Part shown: piece by piece, positions 15,808 to 23,460 of the stretch
How positions within the stretch are numbered: the first letter of the stretch is position 1
How the letters are laid out: each line of letters starts with the position of its first letter
Virus record (IMG/VR): IMGVR_UViG_3300025403_000041
Span: 1 to 24,211 of that record
Length of the DNA: 24,211 bases
Reading direction: 5' to 3' (one strand)
Source of the DNA: a virus
Taxonomy: Duplodnaviria; Caudoviricetes
Translations under genes and position numbers: made by a program
The notes under the pieces: generated by a model
Seen by the model: the letters and a program-made list of their open reading frames with translations, nothing else
Told to the model about the DNA's origin: nothing
Database searches by the model: none

Positions 15808-16836
15808 ATGCCTGACATTAAAATTTTAGCAGAAAAATACGAACAAGTACACACAACACCAAGCGCAGAGCAGCTAATTGAGAGCATCACAGCAACTGAG
15901 TTGCTTGAGTGCTTTAATGAACTCGCTAAGACAGACGAAGAGAGTGTATTAGTATCTTTTAGTCACGCTATCGGTGCACGTTCACGTGGTGTATCAATGG
16001 TACAAGAAAGCGTAAAGTACGAAGATGATCAGGAACTTAAGCTTGCGATACTTGCTCTCGAAAAAGTATTAACTCATTTTGACGAATCAAAAGACGAAGA
16101 TTATTGCGTAATGTTCGAAACATTTGCACGCGGTAAAAAAGAAATTGAAGATGAAGATGTAAACCCAAATGGGGATCCTGCTGATATTGCAGGTGCAAAT
16201 TCTACTTACCCATTGGCTGGTTTGCAGCAAAAGAAGCCTGGTTTTTTCAGTAAATTAGGCGCGGGTATTAAAAAATATGCAGGCAAAGCAGCAAGTGCTG
16301 TAGGTAAAGGTTTAGCTGCAGCTCCAGGCGCTATTGCTAAAGGCGCAGCTGCCACAGGCAAATATGTAGGTCAAACAGTTGGTGGTGCAGTAGGTGGTTT
16401 AGCAGGTGGTTTAGTTGGTGGTGCAAAAAATGCTTACACTAATGCTCGTGATACTGCACCATATGGTGCTACTGCAACTGGTGGCGCAGATAAAGCCGCT
16501 CCAGCAGCAGCAACTCCTGATGCTCAACCAGCAGCTCCAGCCGCTGCTACTCCAGCAGCTCCAGCCGCTTCAGATGCTCAAGCAAAAGTTGGCGTTGGAC
16601 AAATTAACAAAATTGTTGGTACCTTACGCGCAAGAGATTTAGAAAGTATTAAGAAAAATATTGAACAACGTTTAGCAGCTTTAGCAGCAAAACGCGCTCC
16701 AAAAACACCTATTGCGAACGCAACAACTCCGGCAGCTGGAGCGGTTCAACCAGCAGCTGGTGCTACAAATGTAGCTGCTGAAGAGAGTGTTATTAAAGAA
16801 TTCTACATTAGCAATAACAAACACTTCCGTAAGTAA
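15808..16836 (+). CDS. Ala/Gly-rich protein with glycine zipper, putative internal head/ejection protein
   Basis: Start moved from TTG 15763 to ATG 15808 (MPDIKILAEKYEQV); acidic N-region with LxE sites; GQTVGGAVGGLAGGLVGG zipper; PAAA linker. Confidence 0.65.
   Translation: MPDIKILAEKYEQVHTTPSAEQLIESITATELLECFNELAKTDEESVLVSFSHAIGARSRGVSMVQESVKYEDDQELKLAILALEKVLTHFDESKDEDYCVMFETFARGKKEIEDEDVNPNGDPADIAGANSTYPLAGLQQKKPGFFSKLGAGIKKYAGKAASAVGKGLAAAPGAIAKGAAATGKYVGQTVGGAVGGLAGGLVGGAKNAYTNARDTAPYGATATGGADKAAPAAATPDAQPAAPAAATPAAPAASDAQAKVGVGQINKIVGTLRARDLESIKKNIEQRLAALAAKRAPKTPIANATTPAAGAVQPAAGATNVAAEESVIKEFYISNNKHFRK
16830..16835 (+). promoter_or_regulatory. Late-promoter-like box TAAGTA overlapping final codons (RK*) of upstream gene
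   Basis: 8 nt before ATG 16844. Confidence 0.6.
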
Positions 16837-16843
16837 GTGTTAG

Positions 16844-17431
16844 ATGAGTGTAGACTCTATACAGCAATCAATTCTTAATAAAAATAGGAAAGACAAGTTT
16901 CTACTTGTCTTAAGCTTGCCACCTATACTTAAGACTGTTAACAAGACTACTCTTGCTGAGCGTTCAGTTAATTTTCTGAGTTTAGACTCTTTGCAATATT
17001 CTATATATGGTACAGTAGTTCCAGAAACATCTGTACCTGAAGTAGATCTATTATATTCCGGACAAACTGCCAAATTTACAAGCTATACAAGATCCGCTTA
17101 TAAATCCATTACTGTTAACTTTACAGTAGATAACGAATTTAATAATTGGTGGGTATTATGGTATTGGTTAAACGTCATAAACGATAGCCAAGAGAGTAGT
17201 TATAATTATGACGGATTAGTGAATCCTGATAAATTTACAAACTTAAATAACTACCAAACAAACATTACTGTATATGGATTGGATGAATTTAATAACCAAA
17301 AAATACAGTGGGATTATACAAAAGCTTTTATAACTAATTTGGGCGATATAAACTATAATTACAGGGATGGAGATCAAATAGAATCTTCTTTTACATTCGC
17401 TTTTAGCCAGTTAAATACTCAATTACTTTAA
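16844..17431 (+). CDS. gp3: Tail completion / tube terminator protein, T4 gp3-like
   Basis: Tube-fold pattern with ITVNFTVDNEFNNWWVLWYWLN, LDEFNN, AFITNLGDINY, FTFAFS. Confidence 0.75.
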   Translation: MSVDSIQQSILNKNRKDKFLLVLSLPPILKTVNKTTLAERSVNFLSLDSLQYSIYGTVVPETSVPEVDLLYSGQTAKFTSYTRSAYKSITVNFTVDNEFNNWWVLWYWLNVINDSQESSYNYDGLVNPDKFTNLNNYQTNITVYGLDEFNNQKIQWDYTKAFITNLGDINYNYRDGDQIESSFTFAFSQLNTQLL

Positions 17432-17461
17432 TAAAGACTGAGTTTTAGTGTTAAAATATCA

Positions 17462-17489
17462 TAAATAATAGTAGAAACTTTACTATTAT
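17462..17489 (+). promoter_or_regulatory. Late-promoter-like box TAAATA overlapping a hairpin that sequesters the sheath AUG
   Basis: TAAATA 17462..17467; perfect 9-bp inverted repeat ATAATAGTA (17465..17473) / TACTATTAT (17481..17489) includes the AT of ATG 17488. Confidence 0.6.
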
Positions 17490-19842
17490 GGCATCAACAC
17501 GCACTATCCAATCTCCGGGTGTAGAAATTCGCGAAATCGATCTTTCTACGAGAGCAGTAACACCTGTCGGTACTAACGTATTAGTTACCGGCTTTGCTCC
17601 ACAAGGACCGACATACGAAATTGTTGAACTTGCTTCTTTAAGCGATTTCCAAACTGTTTTCGGTACACCGACAAACGCAGCAGAACGTTATTTTTATTAT
17701 TCAGTAAGTCAACTATTTACAGCTGGTGGCAATCCAACAGTTAAAGCTATTCGTTTACCTTATGGTACAGGTACAGGAGAAGGTACTTCAAGTAATTATA
17801 GTGCATTAGCATTCCCAGTATTGCCAATTCCTTCAGGTTCATTCGGTTCATTATCAGCTGCATTTGTTGCAGGTAATATACCTTATCAAACAGCTGCAGG
17901 TTACTATATCGGTGAACCAGCACTTGTTGCATTAACATCTGATCAATATACTTCTATTAGTCAAGGTGGTATTCCTTGGACATTAAGTGGTGGTAATGGT
18001 GGTACTTCCAGCTTCGTTACATCTGGTGCACAAGCAGTTAATAACCTTGGCGCTGCAGGTATTGTTGTTATCAATACATCGAAGGCTACAATTAATGAAA
18101 ACTTTCAAGGCTTCTATTTAAATATTGGTGATTCTTGGAGCAACAATCCTTCCTCAGCGTATGATGATGCAGTAAACGTTTATTCTATCGGTGCTTCATA
18201 CTTTGTAGATGCACAGGTATGTACAGATTCACTATACACAATCGTACCTCCATCACGTATCGGTTTTACAATAACCGCTCCTGCTACAGCGAGTGTTACA
18301 AGTCTTTCCCACGACATTGAAAACATTCCTACATATAATATTGCAGCTTCCGGTTATGGTGATAGTGCAATTATTTCACTATTTAAATTACGTCCTTCAC
18401 CATTCTCAGTTAATACAAATCAACTACAATATGTATTAACAGAAGGTTATGCAGGTTCATTCTATGCAAACCGTACAATTCAAGACGTCAATGGCGGTAC
18501 ACCTCAATCAAGCTACCTAAGAACGGTTATTAATAATGCTTCGAACAATATTGAAGTACATATTAACCCTAACATTTCTTCATATGTAAATTGGTTAGAC
18601 AATAATGGTAACTCAACAAAACAAGTCAGAGTATACAAGTATGCTACTGGTACAGACGGTGATCCATTCTATACTACAGCTTCTTCATATCTTGCAATAA
18701 AGAACAGCACATTCTTACCTGCTAACAATCTTTATGCATTAGGTACATATGCAAATAGTTTACCGCAAAATAGCGCTAAAGCAATTGGTTCTGTAGCACA
18801 AAAACTACAATACGCTCTTAACGCTGCTGAAAACCCAGAAGTAGTTGATATTGACATTACTATTGATGCTGGTCTATCTACAATCTCAGCTGTACAAAGC
18901 CTATCAAGTGCTACATTACAGTATGATGATACAGCAATGACTACTGATATAACAAATGCACTTGCTGCTTTACAAGAATCAGACGGTGGCACAAACTTTG
19001 TAACACCATTCGTAACTGGATGGCAAACAATTACGAATATGTTTGAGCAGTTTGCAAGTCAGGTACGTAAAGATCACTACTTTATTTCTGATCCAATACG
19101 CCATATTTTTGTTACAGGTTCAAACTATAAGACTCTCAGTAACAAGAACAACAACTTCTCGCAAAACATTTACTGGCCACTACGTAACCTTTATAGTAGC
19201 ATTAATTCAAGTTATGCTACTTCATACGGTAACTGGGTATTAGCTCAAGACATTTACACTTCTCGTAGCGTGTGGTTACCGTTTTCGGGCTATGCAGCAG
19301 CAATGACTACAGCAAGCGATGCAAACAATTACATTTGGACTGCTCCAGCTGGTTTAAATCGTGGTATCATTACTGGTATTAGCGATATTGCTATTAACCC
19401 ACAACAAAAACAACGCGATCTACTTTACAAGATTTCTATTAATCCTTTAGTATTCTTCCCTAATGAAGGCTACACAGTATGGGGACAAAAGACCTTGTTA
19501 AAGGCTCCAAGCGCATTCGATCGTATTAATGTACGTCGTTTATTCCTCTACTTAGAAAAAGCTACTAACCAAACGATGCAGTTCTTCGTATTCGAACCTA
19601 ACACTACCTTCACACAAAGTAGAGTTGTTAATACGTTAACGCCATTGTTTGAATTAGCTCGTAACACTCAAGGTTTATACGATTACTTGCTCGTTTGTAA
19701 CTCAACTAACAACACTCCTGCTGTAGTTGACGACAACACATTGGTAGTAGACATTTATATCAAGCCAGTTAGAACAGCTGAGTTCATCTTAGTAAACTTC
19801 TACGCAACTAAGACATCTCAAAACTTCAACGAGCTTCTATAA
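17488..19842 (+). CDS. gp18: Contractile tail sheath protein, T4 gp18-like
   Basis: SPGVEIREIDLS, GFAPQGP, FGTP, WTAPAGLNRG, QRDLLYKISINP, WGQKTL, SAFDRINVRRLF, FEPN, IYIKPVRTAEFILVNF. Confidence 0.97.
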   Translation: MASTRTIQSPGVEIREIDLSTRAVTPVGTNVLVTGFAPQGPTYEIVELASLSDFQTVFGTPTNAAERYFYYSVSQLFTAGGNPTVKAIRLPYGTGTGEGTSSNYSALAFPVLPIPSGSFGSLSAAFVAGNIPYQTAAGYYIGEPALVALTSDQYTSISQGGIPWTLSGGNGGTSSFVTSGAQAVNNLGAAGIVVINTSKATINENFQGFYLNIGDSWSNNPSSAYDDAVNVYSIGASYFVDAQVCTDSLYTIVPPSRIGFTITAPATASVTSLSHDIENIPTYNIAASGYGDSAIISLFKLRPSPFSVNTNQLQYVLTEGYAGSFYANRTIQDVNGGTPQSSYLRTVINNASNNIEVHINPNISSYVNWLDNNGNSTKQVRVYKYATGTDGDPFYTTASSYLAIKNSTFLPANNLYALGTYANSLPQNSAKAIGSVAQKLQYALNAAENPEVVDIDITIDAGLSTISAVQSLSSATLQYDDTAMTTDITNALAALQESDGGTNFVTPFVTGWQTITNMFEQFASQVRKDHYFISDPIRHIFVTGSNYKTLSNKNNNFSQNIYWPLRNLYSSINSSYATSYGNWVLAQDIYTSRSVWLPFSGYAAAMTTASDANNYIWTAPAGLNRGIITGISDIAINPQQKQRDLLYKISINPLVFFPNEGYTVWGQKTLLKAPSAFDRINVRRLFLYLEKATNQTMQFFVFEPNTTFTQSRVVNTLTPLFELARNTQGLYDYLLVCNSTNNTPAVVDDNTLVVDIYIKPVRTAEFILVNFYATKTSQNFNELL

Positions 19843-19851
19843 TATAACACC

Positions 19852-19857
19852 TAAGTA
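19852..19857 (+). promoter_or_regulatory. Late-promoter-like box TAAGTA
   Basis: 5 nt before ATG 19863. Confidence 0.65.
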
Positions 19858-19862
19858 AATTT

Positions 19863-20387
19863 ATGGCACAGACAATACAAGACTTCTACAGAGTAGCACA
19901 AGAGCGCGGATTTGCACGTGATTTCATGATGCGAGTTCGCTCTATTGGCCAAGACACGTTTACCGAAGACGATTTTGTTTACATTACAACAAAACAACTT
20001 CCAGATCGCCAAATTAGCAATCAAAAAGTACCATACATGGGACTAAACTTCAATGTACCTGGTACTGTTGATTATACTGGTTCAGATGGTTGGGAAGTAA
20101 AATTCTACAACGATCTTAAAGGCGTTATTCGTAAAAAACTTGAAGACTGGCAAATCAATGGCGTGTTTAATGACGCAACAAGCACAGGAGATCTTTCATT
20201 ACGTGGTACAGATAAAGTTATACAACTTGATCTAATTGATGAAAGTCAAAACGTTCTCAACACTTATAAGCTTTACGGTGTATATATTGTAAACTTAGGT
20301 GCTGTTACAGGATATGATAATTCGGGTGCAGGTAAGCCTTTAGACTTTACTGCTAAATTAGCATACCAGTATTGGAGACATGTTTAA
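19863..20387 (+). CDS. gp19: Major tail tube protein, T4 gp19-like
   Basis: Directly follows the sheath; GFAR, QLPDR, VPYMG, PGTVDY, WEVKFYND, IRKKLEDW, YKLYGVY, LAYQYW. Confidence 0.88.
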   Translation: MAQTIQDFYRVAQERGFARDFMMRVRSIGQDTFTEDDFVYITTKQLPDRQISNQKVPYMGLNFNVPGTVDYTGSDGWEVKFYNDLKGVIRKKLEDWQINGVFNDATSTGDLSLRGTDKVIQLDLIDESQNVLNTYKLYGVYIVNLGAVTGYDNSGAGKPLDFTAKLAYQYWRHV

Positions 20388-20405
20388 TAGTTAAAGTTTT
20401 AATTC

Positions 20406-20434
20406 AAAGCCCTGTTAAAAGCAGGGCTTTTTTT
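20406..20434 (+). terminator. Rho-independent terminator after sheath/tube genes
   Basis: AAAGCCCTG-TTAAAAG-CAGGGCTTT-TTTT. Confidence 0.9.
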
Positions 20435-20446
20435 ATGTTCATACAT

Positions 20447-20452
20447 TAAGTA
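20447..20452 (+). promoter_or_regulatory. Late-promoter-like box TAAGTA
   Basis: 6 nt before ATG 20459, directly after the terminator. Confidence 0.65.
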
Positions 20453-20458
20453 TTATAG

Positions 20459-21049
20459 ATGGATAGGGGCATATCAGACTTTTATAAAACAGCAACAAAT
20501 CGTGGATTTGCTCGTACTAATCTGTTTAGAATTAATTCTATATCAAGAAATGGTACAGGCGGTACTTCCGATATATACGCCCCTGCATCTGACAGTTCTG
20601 AAAACTTATTTTTGTATGCTCAAAGCGGTACTATACCGTCTCGTACTATAACAACTACCACTGTAGATTTTAAATCATTTAAGTATACAGTTCCAATGGT
20701 TGCACAGTATCCTGAATCCGCCAGCTGGGCATTAACATTTTACTGTGATAGAGACTACGTATTGAGAAACGTTCTTGAAAAATGGTCAGTAGATACATTT
20801 GATGAACATACGTCCCAATCTAATGTACCAAACTGGTGGGATTGTAGTGTAGAGTTAGATTTATTGAATAACTCAGGACCTAACAGCCCTGACACATACC
20901 CAGTAATACGTAAATACAGACTTGTTGGTGCGTTTTTACAAAACGTGGGGTCTATAGAATATAGTTTAGCAGCTGGTGGTGATATAGCTAAATTACAGGC
21001 AACTTTAGGTTTTCAGTATATTACTTCCGAAGATTTATTACCATCCTAA
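20459..21049 (+). CDS. Tail tube protein paralog 2 (gp19/gp54-like)
   Basis: ISDFYKTATNRGFAR, TIPSR, WALTFYCD, LRNVLEKW, YRLVGAF, LGFQY align with the 19863 protein. Confidence 0.82.
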   Translation: MDRGISDFYKTATNRGFARTNLFRINSISRNGTGGTSDIYAPASDSSENLFLYAQSGTIPSRTITTTTVDFKSFKYTVPMVAQYPESASWALTFYCDRDYVLRNVLEKWSVDTFDEHTSQSNVPNWWDCSVELDLLNNSGPNSPDTYPVIRKYRLVGAFLQNVGSIEYSLAAGGDIAKLQATLGFQYITSEDLLPS

Positions 21050-21052
21050 TTA

Positions 21053-21058
21053 TAAGTA
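21053..21058 (+). promoter_or_regulatory. Late-promoter-like box (TA)TAAGTA
   Basis: 6 nt before ATG 21065. Confidence 0.7.
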
Positions 21059-21064
21059 TAATAT

Positions 21065-21724
21065 ATGGCATCCGTTCAAGGACAAACTATCAGAGATTTT
21101 TACACCAATGCAACCAACGTCGGCTTTGCAAGGGATTTTCAATTTAGAATTACGTCATTTAACGTTAACGGTGTTACATTACAAGATCAAGATTTAGTAT
21201 TTTTAAAGACAGCAAGTTTACCTGGTAAGTCTATTAGCACAACAACAGCTCCTTTTATGGGGTTAGATTTTCAAATACCCGGTACAGTAAAGTTTGATAA
21301 TAACAATGCATGGAACGTTACGTTCTATTGTACTCAAGATTATAATTTAAGGTCGATGTTAGAGGACTCAATTACAGATACGTTTGATGAAACTCAATCA
21401 TATGGTAATATGGAGCCAAGAGATTTAAATCAAAACATTATAAATCTTTCTCTCATCGATGACCAGTTAAACGAAATTAAAGTATATACACTATTAGGTG
21501 CATTCATTACTAAGATTGATGATATAGCTTATGATTTAACTAAGTCAGGTGGTATACAAGAAGTAAAAGCTACTATTGCGTATCAATACTGGCAAACAGG
21601 TCCAAGTTCAGGTATAACATCAGGTTTAAGTTTAGGTAATAATTTTGGTGTAACTAACGGTTTAGGCAATATAGCTTCAAAACTTGTTACCAAAACTGTT
21701 AAAAACTTATTAGGGGGTAGGTAA
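21065..21724 (+). CDS. Tail tube protein paralog 3 (gp19/gp54-like) with C-terminal extension
   Basis: QTIRDFYTNATNVGFARDFQFR, SLPGK, APFMG, PGTVKF, WNVTFY, YTLLGAF, IAYQYW. Confidence 0.85.
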   Translation: MASVQGQTIRDFYTNATNVGFARDFQFRITSFNVNGVTLQDQDLVFLKTASLPGKSISTTTAPFMGLDFQIPGTVKFDNNNAWNVTFYCTQDYNLRSMLEDSITDTFDETQSYGNMEPRDLNQNIINLSLIDDQLNEIKVYTLLGAFITKIDDIAYDLTKSGGIQEVKATIAYQYWQTGPSSGITSGLSLGNNFGVTNGLGNIASKLVTKTVKNLLGGR

Positions 21725-22467
21725 TGTCTTTTTTAATTGGACCAAAAGCTAACGCACAAAACGCTGGCTCTGAAGTCAACACGTTTATAAAGTTTTTAAG
21801 TGACCCGAACACTCAGATACCGGTCGAATCAAATTTTTTAATAAGCTTTGATTTTCCTAAAGCACTTACTACAGATGCATGGACGGATGAAGAATTAGTT
21901 GATACCGATCCTTGGCAAGCATATGAAACCAGCTGGGACGTTAATCCGTCATTAAAAGATTTATATACAGAACTAACTAAACAAACTCACGGTGTGCATG
22001 GTGGCCCGGTATGTCTGTTTGCACAAGGTATAGACATACCCGGTGAGTCTGTAGGCACACAAAGACATGAGCCGTTAGACGGTTCAAGTGGTGGTTTAAT
22101 AGGTGGAATAGTTAGTACTTCTCGTGGCCAATATGAACCGTTAAAAATAGGTTTCTTAGAAACAAATAAATCATTTATTGACTTCGTTCTCAGGCCTTGG
22201 ATAACGCTTGTTGGGCATTACGGTTTAATAACGCGTGCTAAAACATCTACTCAAAATGTTAGAACTGATATAACTGTTGTTCATTACGATAAAAATAATA
22301 ACGACAAAGGTAATGCAGGTATAAGAAAGATATTTGAGTTTCAGTCCTGTGCACCGGTTTCTCTTGGTGAGTCTTCTTATTCTTATGGTAAAGCTGAAAT
22401 AAGAATAGCACCTGTAAGCTTTGTATATAACAAGTACAGAGTACTATATACGCAAGGTAGAGCTTAA
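21724..22467 (+). CDS. Divergent tube-fold protein (gp48/gp54-like baseplate-tube junction)
   Basis: FAQGIDIPGE, LKIGFLETN, FVLRPW, DITVVHY, FEFQSCAPVS, VSFVY; TAATG stop/start overlap with the upstream gene. Confidence 0.65.
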   Translation: MSFLIGPKANAQNAGSEVNTFIKFLSDPNTQIPVESNFLISFDFPKALTTDAWTDEELVDTDPWQAYETSWDVNPSLKDLYTELTKQTHGVHGGPVCLFAQGIDIPGESVGTQRHEPLDGSSGGLIGGIVSTSRGQYEPLKIGFLETNKSFIDFVLRPWITLVGHYGLITRAKTSTQNVRTDITVVHYDKNNNDKGNAGIRKIFEFQSCAPVSLGESSYSYGKAEIRIAPVSFVYNKYRVLYTQGRA

Positions 22468-22487
22468 AGATTTTTTATATTACTGGT

Positions 22488-22500
22488 ATAAGTCATTATA
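22488..22500 (+). promoter_or_regulatory. ATAAGTCATTATA leader, copy 1 (TAAGTC variant box)
   Basis: Immediately before ATG 22501; identical 13-mer at 23448..23460. Confidence 0.6.
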
Positions 22501-23430
22501 ATGGCATTTACGTATGGAGTTAAGCTACCCGGATTTAATAATAAGAAAATATGGGTAGGAGAGGTTACATCCAAGTTGTATAAAGACTTGGTTAAATCCC
22601 TTTATAATAATGATAGTACAGAGTTTGTACATCATTTAAACCAGCTTATAGAACACGCTTCTCCCGGGATATTACAGGGAGGACTCAATGCTATAGATAA
22701 GATCATATTACTGCTTCAAGTAAGGTCTATTTGTATAAGTCCAGATCTTAAACTTAAAGCAACTTGTGTAGAAACTAAAAAAACGTTTGAATACAATTTA
22801 CGTATTGAAGATTTAGTATCTAAGTTAGAAAGCGTAACTTATAATAGAACTGTTTTACATGAAAATGTTACAGTTACTCATAGTATTATTAAAGCTAAAG
22901 ATGAAATACATTTTGTTAACTTAGAACCCGAAAAAACGTTTAGCTATCAATTAGCTTCCAGTATTGATACATTATTAGTAGAAGATAAAACTATCGATTT
23001 TAAATTATTACCGTTTGACAAAAGAGTTGAATTCGTGGATGCCCTACCACTGTCATTAACCACTAAAGTATATGATTCATTATCTGAAGTTGAAGTGGAA
23101 TTATCTAAATTAAAGCTATTAGTGGTGCCTTCCCCTTACAGCAAAACACCGGTGGTTGATTTACCTATATCTACAAACACGAACGTGCTTCTCGAATTTT
23201 GTAAATTAATCTTTAATGACGATTTAATTAATTTATACAAAATAAATTTAAACTTAATTAGTAAAGCTAACTTTACACCAGATTATGCAGACTCTATAAC
23301 ACCTGCAGAACAACTATTGTATTGGAATCTTTATGTACAACAAGTACAAGAAGAGATAGCTGCAAGTAACCCGAAATCAAACAACAGCCCTGCAAGTCTT
23401 GGTGCGAATGTACCGAATGAGTTTGCTTGA
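22501..23430 (+). CDS. Baseplate hub assembly protein, T4 gp51/gp26 family (gp51-like C-terminus)
   Basis: VKLPG, LNAIDKIILLLQVRSICIS, FVDALP; C-terminal LYKINLNLISK...DSITPAEQLLYWNLY resembles the gp51 C-terminal motif. Confidence 0.65.
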   Translation: MAFTYGVKLPGFNNKKIWVGEVTSKLYKDLVKSLYNNDSTEFVHHLNQLIEHASPGILQGGLNAIDKIILLLQVRSICISPDLKLKATCVETKKTFEYNLRIEDLVSKLESVTYNRTVLHENVTVTHSIIKAKDEIHFVNLEPEKTFSYQLASSIDTLLVEDKTIDFKLLPFDKRVEFVDALPLSLTTKVYDSLSEVEVELSKLKLLVVPSPYSKTPVVDLPISTNTNVLLEFCKLIFNDDLINLYKINLNLISKANFTPDYADSITPAEQLLYWNLYVQQVQEEIAASNPKSNNSPASLGANVPNEFA

Positions 23431-23447
23431 TAAACAATATTGCAACC

Positions 23448-23460
23448 ATAAGTCATTATA
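23448..23460 (+). promoter_or_regulatory. ATAAGTCATTATA leader, copy 2
   Basis: Last base is the A of ATG 23460. Confidence 0.6.

Noticed and set aside
12133-23430. Stop-codon reassignment as in some large phages
   Set aside because: Genes are intact in code 11; TAG (12133) and TGA (13778, 23428) end genes at sensible boundaries.
22501-23430. Novel gp26-gp51 fusion
   Set aside because: T4 gp51 is itself, as I recall, a gp26-family protein with this C-terminal motif, so the architecture is probably ordinary.
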